In this document: positions 46,217 through 61,229 of the stretch, piece after piece
Layout: the number at the start of each line of letters is the position of its first letter
Numbering within the stretch: the stretch's first letter is position 1
DNA from: Eledone cirrhosa
Lineage: Eukaryota
NCBI GenBank assembly: GCA_964016885.1
Contig: OZ024741.1
Span: forward strand, 285,076,001 to 285,140,000
DNA: 64,000 bases
Direction of reading: 5' to 3'
Notes under the pieces: model-generated
The model's database searches: none
What the model saw: only the letters and a program-made list of their open reading frames with translations
Told to the model about the DNA's origin: nothing
Translations under genes and position numbers: made by a program

Positions 46217-46259
46217 GTAATCCTGAAGATTTCTAATAAGAATGAAACGCGTAGGTTAC
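46217..46259 (+). ncRNA. Minimal type I hammerhead ribozyme
   Basis: gtaatc-CTGAAGA-t-ttct(aata)agaa-t-GAAA-cgcg-TA-ggttac. Stem I gtaatc/ggttac, palindromic stem III ACGCGT, predicted cleavage after 46253. Confidence 0.85.
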
Positions 46260-46526
46260 TTCCCTTGCTTTTATCGAGAATCTAATTGTAATACGTGACG
46301 TATTCTATTCTATAGCGATTAGGTCTTCAAAATGTTTATTATAAACATACAGAATTTTTTCGAATATTCTATGTCTATCTTCACATATATATCGCTATTT
46401 CAGAGCATTTAATCCAATTTCTAATTTCTGCCGGACCGGCAACCGCTCTTTCAAACCAGTTCCTGTACACAGCTAAGTATTCTATAAGTCTCTAGCTGTG
46501 TCAGTCTCGATAAAAGCACTGGATAT

Positions 46527-46569
46527 GTAATCCTGAAGATTTCTAATAAGAATGAAACGCGTAGGTTAC
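46527..46569 (+). ncRNA. Minimal type I hammerhead ribozyme (tandem copy)
   Basis: Identical to 46217-46259, 310 bp downstream. Confidence 0.85.
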
Positions 46570-46691
46570 TTCCCTTGCTTTTATCGAGAATCTAATTGTA
46601 ATACGTGACGTATTCTATTCTATAGCGATTAGGTCTTCAAAATGTTTATTATAAACATACAGAATATTTTCGAATATTCTATGTCTATCTT

Positions 46692-46740
<49 letters not shown>

Positions 46741-46757
46741 GTGTGTGTGTGTGTATA

Positions 46758-46846
<89 letters not shown>

Positions 46847-46883
46847 ATATATATATATATATATCTGTGTGTGTGTGTGTATA

Positions 46884-47160
<277 letters not shown>

Positions 47161-47173
47161 ATATATATATATG

Positions 47174-47224
<51 letters not shown>

Positions 47225-47337
47225 AGATAAGCAGAACAAGTAAAAATTCAATCAATTTTTCAAAATAAATCAAAATTAATATACAATCAAAATTAATCAA
47301 AATTAAAAATATAATATAAATATTTACCTATTCTAAT

Positions 47338-47419
47338 GGCCCTAACTGTACAGTTTCACGGTGCAAAACATTAAATATCACCAGGATATTAATGGAAAAG
47401 CAACGATCATCAGAGAAGC
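47338..47419 (-). ncRNA. Hammerhead motif with long stem II
   Basis: Minus strand: ttct-CTGATGA-t-cgttgc...gcaccg-t-GAAA-ctgtacag-TT-aggg. Palindromic stem III; flank resembles the flank of 45039-45118. Confidence 0.55.
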
Positions 47420-47643
47420 ATTTTCCTGTCCTAGGGTTAAAAACCCCAGGAACGACAAAATATATGACCTCACTCCAACTAATACAGGTCTAAAAGGTCG
47501 TGAAAGTGACCTGTAAATACATTGGTGTATAGTGAAGGCGGGAAATCGTAGACTCGCCGTCTATAGCTCGCCACTAAAAAAAGATTTTTAGTAACTAAAT
47601 ATAACGACAACATTTTTTATCTCTACATATGGAGATTATTGAA

Positions 47644-50204
<2,561 letters not shown>

Positions 50205-50995
50205 CTAGGGCGGGTAAAATTTCCGAGATCCATGGCCGAGTTCTCTCCAGCGCTCTCTGTCCCTCATTATCGCTCCCATGTCCTGCGTCTCCAACAGACC
50301 AGTGTCTGTTCTTAGGGCATCAACATACGTTAACCTTGGTCTTCCACTTCTAGTGTGTCCATGTAGGGGCTCCCAAAGGAGCACTGAGTGCAATGTCAAC
50401 TCTGGATGTCGGTGAGCATGTGCAGCTAACCTCAGTCTCCTCTGTGTCACTTTTGAGCTGACTTTTGGGTGGCTCCCATACAGCTCTGACCTTTTCATCC
50501 TCAGTGTATACTGATTAATATTTAGAGCCATCCTCAACATTCTCGTGTAGCACCCATCCACCATCTAAGTGAGTTTCTTTGTCAGTGTCCAAGTTTCAGA
50601 CCCGTACAGCAGCACAGACTCCACTATGAAAAGGCGGATTGTTAGGTCTTTACGAAAGTCCGACTTCCACACCGATCTTAATTTGTGACACGCCGCCCAG
50701 GCTTCGCTCGTCCTCTCAACCACATCATTTTCCGTATTCCCAATCTTTACTCCCAAATACAGGAAGTCCAGAACCATTTCTAGCGGCTTCCGGCCTACAT
50801 TAGTGATCCCCTCTGGCTTCTCAACATTCTCTACAGATATTTTGTTTTAGTCTCATTCATTCTAAGCCCCACACTCATCGACACAGTCTCAACCTCCCGC
50901 ATCAAATCCTCTGCCTCCTTCACTGTATTTGTCAACAAATCTATGTCGTCGGCAAATTCAGCATCCGATATCTTTTTCGCCTTAACTCTCCTGCT
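50205..50995 (-). pseudogene. RTE-clade LINE 3' fragment (RT FADD to C-terminus) with stops
   Basis: EFADDIDLL, GLRMNETKT, FLYLG, VESVLLYGSETWTLT, DGCYTRMLR, RRLRLAAH, GRPRLTY, DRERWR. Both ends abut TA microsatellite. Confidence 0.9.
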
Positions 50996-51104
50996 CTGTG
51001 TATATATATATATGTGTGTATGTATATATATAATATGTATATGTATATATATATATATGTATATATATATATGTATATATATATGTGTATATAATATGTA
51101 TATG

Positions 51105-51135
<31 letters not shown>

Positions 51136-51136
<1 letters not shown>

Positions 51137-53508
51137 GTAATAATAATAAATTTGAAGACTAAAATCCAAAGAGGGCTCGATAAGGATAAATATATATCAA
51201 ATATATAAGAACCGTAGAGCAAAAATTTATTAAAATAACAGATTAAAGTTTAAGCAAAGAATCGCTGCTTTCACCCTTAACGGGATCTTCTGAAACTAAC
51301 AAAGTCAATCTGTAAACGCAGAAGTGGATATTTCAAAAAACGTTGCAACCGGAGGAAGAGAGGAAGACGATACTTTGGTTCGTGGGAACGTTCCCTGGCA
51401 AAGAACGAGAAAAAACGAATATATACGTCATTAATAGGAGCGGTGAAAAACCATTACACCCAAAGACAGAACCACGTTTATGGTATAAAAGAAGTCGTAG
51501 ACTAATGTTCTCTTAGGTGGTTCATAGATAGGTTCTCTGGCAATGAACGAATAAAAACGAAGATAATACGTCATATGTGGAGCGTGGAGAACAATTGCAC
51601 GCAAAGACAAAGCCACGTAAATCGTATAGCTGAAGTCGTAGACTAAAATTCTAACTAGGAAACCGAATAAATCTCCGCTTCAGAGTTAAGAATAAAGTAA
51701 ATAAAATACAATACAGGGGTAATATAAATTAAAATACATATACGCATGCAAATACGTACATACACAAGCATACGCGAAAACACTTGCCATAGGTATACAA
51801 AACCACGCACATATAAATATGTGTGTGTATGTGTGCGTGTATACAAATAAATAAATAATTAAATAAACGTATACAAATAAATAAATACGTATATAACAAG
51901 CGCACACACTTACCTACATGTAAATACACAAATGTTCGGAGACGTAAGTCAACCAAAACATGAAGTACACATATACACACACCCTACATACGTACGAACC
52001 TCATACTCACACAGACGCAAAACTCCCGTATACACATAACCAAACCATATGTACCAGAATATATAAAAAATATACGCCATAACATATACAATCAAATATA
52101 CGTACGAGAAAGTATACGTACCTTCACAAAACATACAGGTAATATATACTTACCTATACAGGTTGAGGCAAATCTCTCGGTCGTTAATTTCCTCGACGTT
52201 ACCCTCAATTTATCGAATGGGTTGTATTACCCGTTTAGAAAGCCGAATGATACGCTTAATTACATAATTAAGCATTCCAACCATCCTGCCAGCATAACCA
52301 AGAACCTGGTAAGAAACGTTTCGTTGAGGCTTTCCCGTCTATCTACTAACGAGCATATTTTCAACGACCATTCCACTTACTACAATGAAGCTCTTGCTCG
52401 GAGTGGATTTGTCGATAAGGTAGCATATACAGAGACCAAAATAGACCTAGAAGAAATAGATCCCGTCGCATTTGATGGTATAACCCACCATATATTATGG
52501 AGGTGGCCACACCTTTAGCTAAGATCTTTCTTTCCCTTATTACGAAGCATTTTCCCCCTACACATAAATATAGTAAAATTTTTAATAGAAATACTATTAA
52601 AATTTCTTACTCTACGACTCCTAACCTTGCACATAACATCACAGCTTCAAATTTAGCTAAACTACCTAGCCGTAGGAACACGTGCAACCCTGTAGTTAGT
52701 AATAACTGTAATTGTAAGAATCGGGTTGATTGCCTCCTATCCGGGAAATGCCTCTCTAGTAACATTGTCTACAAATGTAAGGTTGAAAACACCCACGTCC
52801 TGTAGGGCCTACATAGGGTCAACCGCCAATAGATTCAAGCAGCGTCTTTACATGCATACCCATTCTTTTCGTTACCCCCTAAGAAGGAATATGACGTCAC
52901 TTTCAGCTTATATCTGGAGTCTAAAAGACAACCACACCCAATATAAGTTACACTGGGAGATCCTAGCTAGGGCTAGATCGTATAACGGAAATAAAAAACC
53001 ATGCGACCTCTGCGCCGCTGAGGCCCGGGAAATACTCTACGCCACAGACCACATCTTAAACAAAAAATCTGAGGCAATTTCGGCTTGTAAACATAAATTG
53101 CACAAAACTTTCCTGTATTACAGCCCCACGTTATACCCTAACGGATAGTACGATCTATACGTGGATATTTTACGTCTTGATGTGGTAGCTATGTATATGT
53201 TTTGTTTATACCATTACTTATTTGCTTAGGTAAGTATATATTACCTGTATGTTTTGTGAAGGTCCGTATACTTTCTCGTACGTATATTTGATTGTATATG
53301 TTATGGCGAATAATTTTTTATATATTCTGGTACATATGGTTTGGTTATGTGTATACGGGAGTTTTGAGTCTGTGTGAGTATGCAGGTTCGTACGTATGTA
53401 GGGTGTGTGTATATGTGTACTTCATGTTTTGGTTGACTTACGTCTCCGAACATTTGTGTATTTACATGTAGGTATGTGTGTGCGCTTGTTATATACGTAT
53501 TTATTTAT
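51136..53508 (+). mobile_element. 5'-truncated PLE with inverted 5' pseudo-LTR (51136-52157) and partial 3' pseudo-LTR (53149-53508)
   Basis: 51870-52157 is the reverse complement of about 53225-53508. 51136-52157 is the reverse complement of about 35205-36210. Confidence 0.85.
52160..53148 (+). pseudogene. Penelope-like element: RT C-terminus, Cys linker and GIY-YIG endonuclease, frameshifted
   Basis: NFLDVTLNL, YYPFRKPND, HSNHP, WYNPPY, KIFNRNTIKISYS, CNC..C..C, NIVYKC..AYIGST..FKQR, CDLC..E, LNKKSE..CKH spread over three frames. Confidence 0.9.
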
Positions 53509-54061
53509 TGGTAAACAAGTATATAGAAGGTTTTTTATCTAAAAAAAAGGTTTTTTATCTAAATAAGAATTTTTGGGAGTGCCTATTTTAACCTATATTT
53601 CACCAATTGAACAATGAACAGGCTGGTCGTTTGGTGTAGTAGTATTAATACAGATTAATACTACTACACCAAACGACCAGCCCTGTCCATTGTTCAAATA
53701 TAGATTAAAATAGGCACTCCCAAAAATTCTTATTTAGATAAAATAAGCCATATACTCATTGTATTCTCATTAAAAACCTTCTATATACTTGTTTACTAGC
53801 AAATTGAATTGCCATCTGTCATATACTATCCCTTCTCTTCTTCCTTTCTTACAACTAATATAAATACTTTTATTTTTCTGATTTTTTCCAATTCATTCAA
53901 TATCTCTGAAGAAGTGACAACTGATTATACATTTGCTATCGAATACTTGCTAACATTATATGCTTACGCAAGCAGCGATACATAGGTATTCCGTCTGTTA
54001 CAGAAACATATGTCAATACCTAATAAATTCCTTTATAAAAGCACTTTCATTTTATATTCAT

Positions 54062-54170
<109 letters not shown>

Positions 54171-54283
54171 GTTTTTATATGTATAATAAAGCCAAAAACA
54201 ATGCAGGTATGGACATAGAATAAAGAATGCAAATGCAAAAGATATTGTTGGCAATTAGTCTTTTACCTTAGATTTATTTAAAT

Positions 54284-54322
54284 GTCCTAAATTTTCGAGA
54301 TAATATCTCTTCTTCAGAGGGA
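54284..54322 (-). ncRNA. Minimal hammerhead candidate
   Basis: Minus strand: CTGAAGA-a-gaga(tatta)tctc-GAAA-att-TA; weak stem I. Confidence 0.4.
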
Positions 54323-54498
54323 AATAAACCTGTCAAACCAGTGTTCTAAATAGCTTGCCAAGTCATGCAAAAAGATATTTAATTTGTTGGTAATTCAACA
54401 AATTTATTTATAACAGATTCGAAGCACTCAACAGATTTCCTGGAGTATATTATCAATGATATTAATAAATAGAAACTATATTTATAAAACCATATTTA

Positions 54499-54556
54499 TT
54501 TTATTATATATATTTCAAGGGTACCAAAAATTTTGGTAAGCCCTCATCAGATAAAA
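54499..54556 (-). ncRNA. Type I hammerhead ribozyme; inverted truncated twin at about 54564-54612 (+)
   Basis: Minus strand: ttttat-CTGATGA-gggcttaccaaaatttttggtaccctt-GAAA-tatata-TA-ataaaa. Confidence 0.7.
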
Positions 54557-54671
54557 TTTAGTATTTTATCTGATGAATGCGTACCAAAGTTTTTGGTACC
54601 CTTGAAATATTTATATGTATATGTATATGTATATGTATATATAGATATATCTATATATATATATATATATT

Positions 54672-55022
54672 GCTCTAAACTGCCTGCTATTGAACATGAT
54701 CTGGTTTGCCAGAACAATGCTCGAATCTGCCTGAGTAAAGCTGGTTCGACTAGACATGAACAAAGTCATCTCAGTAGACCTCATGTAGATTATGACCTGA
54801 AAAAGGGTGAGGAATGTGGCAAGGAATGTGCTTGCATGGGAGGGCTTAAGATACACATGAGAACACACAGCCAGAACAAAGCAATGAAAAGTCCCGGAGG
54901 AGCCTACAGTTACCATATATGTGCCAAAGGGTGCAAGTCTTAGGCTGGTTTAAAGAGTGCCTCACACTTTTGAGCATTTTATCAGGTGATGGCAATGCTC
55001 GAACACGAGTTTTCAGCCATCA
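54672..55022 (+). mobile_element. RTE-type 3' end with two degenerate C2H2 fingers
   Basis: ECGKEC..GGLKIHMRTH and HICAKGCKS*AGLKS; 3' ctcgaacacgag stem-loop like 1440-1452. Confidence 0.6.
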
Positions 55023-55054
55023 TGTGTGTGTGTGTGTATAAGTATATATGTGTG

Positions 55055-55435
55055 AATTACGGCCTTTTATGGTCCGAGTTCAAATCCCGTCGAGGTTAAC
55101 TTTGTCTTTCATCCTTATAGGGTCGATAAAATAAAGTACCAGTAATACACTGGAATAATTGCTGGCCTTGTGCCAAAAGTAGAAACAAATATATTTTATT
55201 CACCAAAGGTCGTCTATTGAAATGGAAACAGCAGGAGGGCACTTTCACGAGGCCTTTCTAAAACAGTCCTTAAACAGCCCAACACCTCCTAACTCCACTT
55301 TCAATCAATTATTTGCTTTAACTATTCACTATTCTCTTTCAGCTCATTCTACTGACATGGCTTAAAAGAGGCTGTTTGCATAATTGCAAACGAATCGAAT
55401 ATTATTATTAATATTCGAAAAACTCAGATTACATT

Positions 55436-55490
<55 letters not shown>

Positions 55491-55538
55491 TGCGTCTGTA
55501 TGTATATACATCAAACATAACAATAGTCTAAACACTTT

Positions 55539-55571
<33 letters not shown>

Positions 55572-56232
55572 GCCGGTAACTCATTGGTATGGTCGCGTAA
55601 CTCCTAAAGGGAGTCGTAGGGGCACCGTATTAAGATATACCGCTTCTTGGGCATTTCAAGTCCGGCGGAGCCCATATTAGACTGGTACATTTTTTACCGA
55701 CCTCGAATGGATGATTCCACAGCGGGATTTGAACTGAAACAGCAGAAAGCCGGAACGAACGCCACAGAGCACTCTATCCAACTCTGCCAATTCGTCACTT
55801 TCCAGTAACTCATTATTAGTGGATTGACAGTATCGGTGGAGAGTTGGACACCATGCTTTGCAGCATAGAGTTACGGCCCTTTATGATTTGTGTTCTAATC
55901 CCGCCGAGGTTAACTTTGCCTTTCATCCTTACGAGATCGATAAAATAAAGTACCAGTAATGTACTGGGATAATTGCTGGCCTTGTGCCAAAAAAGTAGAA
56001 ACAACTATTAACGGTAATTGAAGGGTGGTGGAATGGCAGTATTGGTAGAGTCGGACACCATGCTTTGCAGCATAGAGTTATGGCTCTTTATGACCCCGCT
56101 GAGGTTAATTTTGCCTTTCATCCTTACAGAGTCGATAAAATAAAGTACTAGTCACGGACTGGGGTCGATTTAATCGACTTTCCCCTCCCCCCAAATTGCT
56201 GGCCTTGTGCCTATATAAGAAACCATTATTAA
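55055..56232. mobile_element. Nin-domain SINE cluster (55055-55190 +, 55817-56010 +, 56022-56232 +)
   Basis: Consensus matches. Confidence 0.8.
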
Positions 56233-56704
56233 CGCCAATTGTACCAACACGAATCAACCAAATGAAGGTTGTCCCGTTCTTTTGTTCATTTGTATTGTCT
56301 TCCTGAAGTGAAAAACCTTATTGTGTGTTCGCAGCTCGGTTCAGATTGCTGAGAAAATAAAAATAAAAAAGAAACACGTTATCATTACTTGACCAACATT
56401 TAAACAACTGAAATAGTTATGATTGACTCTATCTGGTGGGCCAGTGTCACGAAATATAAAAATAAAAAGAGGGGATTACAGTAGAAGATAAGATTTTAGG
56501 TCAAAAGTGATTCATTATATTTTACTATTTTATTTATTCTTGTTGAGCCCTTGTAACCACATGGTAAAGACTGTCTCATTGGTTTACATATGCGTGTATA
56601 TGTATGTATGCATAAACACATGTAAATGTATATACATATATATACATATTCATTTTATTAAGACTAAATAGTGAGTCTTGTTACGCTGGAGTTTCGCCTG
56701 TTTA

Positions 56705-58581
56705 TCACAAAGTCATCAGAAAAGAACGGATATAAAGGGCCACATATTCAAATTCAACGAGAACTTCTACACCCAAAATGAGGGAGCAGTCATTGGCGTC
56801 ATCATAGCTGGTGACGTTGCCAACCTTTTTATGGTATGGTGGGAAAGGAGACTCAAAGATCTCCTTAATGAGAGCTCCATAGACCTCATCATGTACTCTC
56901 GTTATGTAGACGATATTAATATAGTAATAAGGACACCCCACAAGAGAGTACTAAGAAGTATGATTTAGAATGTAGCACAATGGAAAGCATCCACCAGATA
57001 GCTAACACCATACACCAGAGTATAACTGTAACTATCGACTACCCTTCCAAACACCCTAACAGTAGACTACCTGTATTAGACATGGAACTCTGGATTAACA
57101 CTATAGACGAGAGGGCCCAAATTCTCCACTCACACTACGCTAAACCCAAGGCCTCCAAATACCTGATACTCAAAAACTCAGCAATGTCCAGTAGTGCAAA
57201 GTTTAATATTCTGATAGCAGACTTGGTACGAGTGATGAATAACGTATCCCGCATGTGCAACCCAACAGAAATGGAAAGACACATCCAACACTTCATCAAC
57301 CGCATGCAGTTCTCTGGCTACAACCAAAGAGACAGAGTCAGAGTATACGAAAGAGCCATGAAGAAGTATAAGACCCTCATAGAACTGGACATGAAAGGAA
57401 TTTGCCCATTATACAGGAGCAAATCATGGAATAGCTTAGATAGGATTAAACATAAGATAGGGAAAGCCACCTCATGGTATGACAACCAGAGATACCAGAG
57501 TGTCATGTTCGTGGACGCTACCCCTGGAGGGAAATTAGTTAACCAGTGTAGAAAGGCCCTGAGAAAGACCCACTTAAAGATTAAAGTGGTAGAAAAGCCA
57601 GGAACTACCATAAAATCCTTGATCAGCCAAACATACCCTTTTAAGAAAACCCACTGTACTAATAGGAAATGTGTTATATGTAAAGTAAACCCCCAGATAA
57701 ACTGTAAAACTAGAAACGTAGTCTATAGTATAAGATCTACAGAGGGTACTTGCAGAAACATGACAACAACATACATAGGCGAGACAGCTCGTAGCATAGG
57801 AGAAAGGATAGACCAACATTAGGGGGAACTAAAAGGACGAAAAAACGGTTCAGTACTATACGAACACGCCAGACAACAACATGACGGTAACATAAACAAC
57901 ATAGAAATTAAAATAATATCTAAACATAGAAATGACCCAGCAGATAGGCAAATCAGAGAGGCCAGTGAAATAGAGCTTAGAAGGCCAATGCTAAACAGAA
58001 AAAATGGAATAATAACAACACCCAAACAAACCATACTGACTTAAGAGAAATATAAATAAATAAATATATACACAAGCACAATATCAACAAACACATATAA
58101 ACACACACTAGTAAACTAAGATAGAATACAATAACCAAAACACAGTCACCCAAACGCGAACACACACCAAACACTATACACACACGCAAACGCATGCGCA
58201 AAGAAGAAGACAAAAATAAATAAACAAATAATCAGATAAAATAAAGATGGCGTAGATATACAATACAACAGGAGGAACATAATAGTACCACTGATGATGT
58301 TGCAGATGTGCAACGAAAGAACTTTTTTATATATATGTGTTTATATCTATATTATATCTGTATTTTTGACCGTTGGTCAGTCAATGGTAAACATTGTGGA
58401 CCGAATGAATTAACTGTGGAGATATAAAAGATACAGAAGCGAAAACCAACCAAACAGTGAGTGTGTTCTGTTATTATTTCTAGCAATATTATTACAACAA
58501 TATGACCCTCCCTAAGTATAACAATATTTGTTTCGACACACGATTTCATATAAAAAACCACGCAAAACAAATTCATCGCCG

Positions 58582-58585
<4 letters not shown>
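56705..58585 (+). pseudogene. PLE of a second lineage: RT (YVDD), linker, GIY-YIG and pseudo-LTR
   Basis: FKFNENFYTQNEGAVIG..VANLFM, RYVDD, LPVLDMELW, HYAKP, NVVYSI..YIGETARSIGER. After a TAG at 57820 the frame continues SVLYEHA..RQIREA..LNRK. Confidence 0.9.
58282..58325 (+). ncRNA. Degenerate hammerhead in PLE pseudo-LTR
   Basis: CTGATGA-t-gttgca(gatg)tgcaac-GAAA-gaac-TT; the 3' arm of stem I is lost. Partial copy at about 6764-6800. Confidence 0.45.
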
Positions 58586-58617
<32 letters not shown>

Positions 58618-59068
58618 TGTATATGTATATAAAATGAAGAATTAGAAACAGAAGTTAGGACTATCCATCATCAGTTGTCTACTAGCCATCATAGGTATTT
58701 CTTCGCATTACAGACAATATACCTCCGCCTAGGGCGATACAATAACTGAAATAAGTTATTGGGATAAAAAGAGTTGGGTGGAGAAAGAGAAAGACATGTA
58801 AACAGACACGATGGGTGAAGCAACGTAAAGAGAGGAAAAAATGAAAAAATCAAGTCAATAATTCATTTCGAACATAAGAACGGGCGAATTTTGACGAGGA
58901 GAACAAATACACATCTTAACCGTACGTGTGTGAGCGAGAAGAAAGACCAATGCGAAGAGAAGAAATACCTATGATGCCTCGTAGACAACTGATGATGGAT
59001 ATTCCTAACTTCTATTTCTAATTCTTCATTTTTATACTTAATTGCAAAAACACAGCTCGCCATTTTTG

Positions 59069-59110
<42 letters not shown>

Positions 59111-60029
59111 GAGAAGAAAGAAGAATACTGCGTGGTTTGCACATGGGTTACATATGATAAAAATAGTCCTTCGTCAGTGATTTTCCAACCATCATTGGTA
59201 TTTCATCGCATTAAAAATCAGATACCTCAGGTTGGTGCGAGCAATAACTAAAAAAAGTTATTGGGACCAGAATTCGCGTAAGGCGAGGGGGACAAGTAAA
59301 CAACATAGAAGGATAAAAGCAAACCGAAGATAGGAAAATAAACAAGCAACATGGTTGTCCGGTCAGCATAAGCTGGGTGTATTTCATGAGCGAGAGAGGT
59401 ACAGACCGTGTTGATGTGTGTGAGATGTGAGCAAGAAGAGACCCACACAAGCCAAACGGGAGGAAGTGAGAAGGGGAGAAACAGAGAGTGAGTGAGTGAA
59501 AGTGTGAGGAAGAGCTTAGTCGAGAGAAAGTGTAACTGACAGAGGGGGCGAAAGAAGGCGAGAGAAACAGATATATATATAGAGAGAGATGGGTAAATCT
59601 CCGGATAACGAAATCAGGTGGTAATGAGAGAGAGATGTAAGCATAGAAAGAGATGTAGAGAGCGTAAAAGAACGTAGGAAAAGTGTAAAAAATAATATCA
59701 CAAGATAGAGTTACCTTGGAAGCGATTTAATAGCGATTTAATGTTTCGGATTTCATATCCATCAACAGGGGCTTTTCCGAGGGGAAAAAGGTTGTGTCGG
59801 AGGACAACATATATTTAATATACAATAAACATATGCGTAGCTTCATTATCAAAGTAAAAATTGTTTTCGTAACGAAAAAATTCATTTTCCTCTGTGAATT
59901 TATCACAGAGTTACCATTACGTTTTGAGAATGTCAGACAGCACCGCTTCTTCTTCTTAAATACCGTAACCATCTTCTTCTTCTTACCGTAACCACTTAGA
60001 AATCAAACACGTACTTCAGTTGTCTACAG

Positions 60030-60360
60030 AGGTATATAGCATAGTTGAATGGTTGATCAGTTCGCTTTGCAATCATTAGGTCCTGGGTTCGATCCCACTG
60101 CGTGATATCTCAGGCAAGTATCATTTAACATCGTTTAGTGTCGACCCATGCTTTGTGAATCAAAATGTGTAGACGGAAACTGTTTGAACGCCCGTCAAAT
60201 TGACTGTATCTATAATTCAAAGTTCAGGCTTGTGACACAGTGTACCACGCTGGATGTCTCCGATAATTACGTTAAGGGTACACATATCTGGACAATTCTC
60301 ACTCACTTAATCCTTAATTCCACGAGCAAGCTATTCTGCTCACCAAACAACTTCAAAATC
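60030..60360 (+). mobile_element. Third tRNA-derived SINE family, CORE-like (also about 10301-10530 +, 26480-26760 -, 27060-27370 +)
   Basis: B box ggttcgatccc, then ggcaagt, ttgtga(g/a)t..tagac(g/a)gaaa shared among the copies. Confidence 0.55.
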
Positions 60361-60849
60361 CATCGGAGGTCTATTCTGTTTCATTTCAAATGGAAGATGA
60401 CAAGAAACATGGGCAAGAAACATTGGAGTTATATCATTTATACGATGTGTTGATGTTCAGCTAGTTTTGTAAAGAGTCCAGCCGATAATGGATTCGTCAT
60501 TTCTTTCATTATAATCATTGGAGATTTTTCCGTTCTTTCTGAAAATTTTTTTGGAAATTAACTTTGAAATTTCCCATCATATTAATGGTCTGCCTCCTTG
60601 ACTTCTATTTGTCCTTTTCATGTGCTTTTAGATGTGGAAGAAAATTCTACTTGTACATGGATTAGATTAATTCAATGCTGGCAGAAATCGAATATAGAGG
60701 AAGAAAAAAAAGAGAGGAGGAATGTTTGGTTGTTTTCAGTTCTTTAATTTTACAACAGCTTTTATAAGTTGAAGCGAATTTAGTGTTCGGCGGTTTCGAT
60801 CTTCAGTTCTTTAATTGTCTAACTACTCTCAATATTACGACACCAATTT

Positions 60850-61067
60850 AGAGTGGTAGATTGGCAGAATTGGTAAAGCGTTAGATAAAATGTCATTGCG
60901 ATATTTGTTCTGGCTTTTCACTTTCTGAGTTCAAATCCCACCAAGGTCAATATGGCGTTTCATTCTTCTAAGATCTGTAAATTTAAGTATCAGTCAATTA
61001 CTAGGGTTAATTTAGTTAACTATGCCTTCCCCATAAGTCTACTGACCTTGTGTATAAATTAGAAATC
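60850..61067 (+). mobile_element. Older Nin-domain SINE with degenerate TSD
   Basis: aatattacgacaccaat / aatattacgataccaat flank the copy. Confidence 0.75.
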
Positions 61068-61229
61068 AATATTACGATACCAATCTTAATAGGTCACCAT
61101 TGTTCTCATTATGAATCAGTCAGATATATTAGTGAAAGATAGCACTACTAACATTCAAGCAAATCGATTCAATAAAATTCTCAAAAACCAATAATGTAAC
61201 TGTGTCTTGAGCAGAGACATTTGTTCACA

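Larger units (their letters stand above)
45306..46700. mobile_element. 310-bp hammerhead-ribozyme repeat array (about 2 units minus plus about 2.4 units plus, divergent); retrozyme/PLE pseudo-LTR-like
   Basis: Units start at 45306 and 45616; the right arm has an exact 310 period (46201 vs 46511). Inversion junction near 45955 and a 33-bp internal duplication at 45721-45786. Each full unit carries one HHR. Confidence 0.85.

Noticed and set aside
45306-46700. CRISPR-like array or assembly fold-back artefact
   Set aside because: No unique spacers and eukaryotic context. The arms differ by substitutions, a 33-bp duplication and phase, which a simple artefact would not give.
54533-54943. Host C2H2 zinc-finger gene
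   Set aside because: Degenerate fingers with a stop, followed by an RTE-type 3' stem-loop and microsatellite.
58985-59010. CTGATGA-tgga...tcc motifs (also 58660 and 59740, minus)
   Set aside because: GAAA or core positions are mutated; at most dead HHR relics.
60440-60545. Possible minus-strand exon (ttttcag then RTEKSPMIIMKEMTNPLSAGLFTKLAEHQHIV*)
   Set aside because: No recognisable homology or partner exon; cannot be supported.
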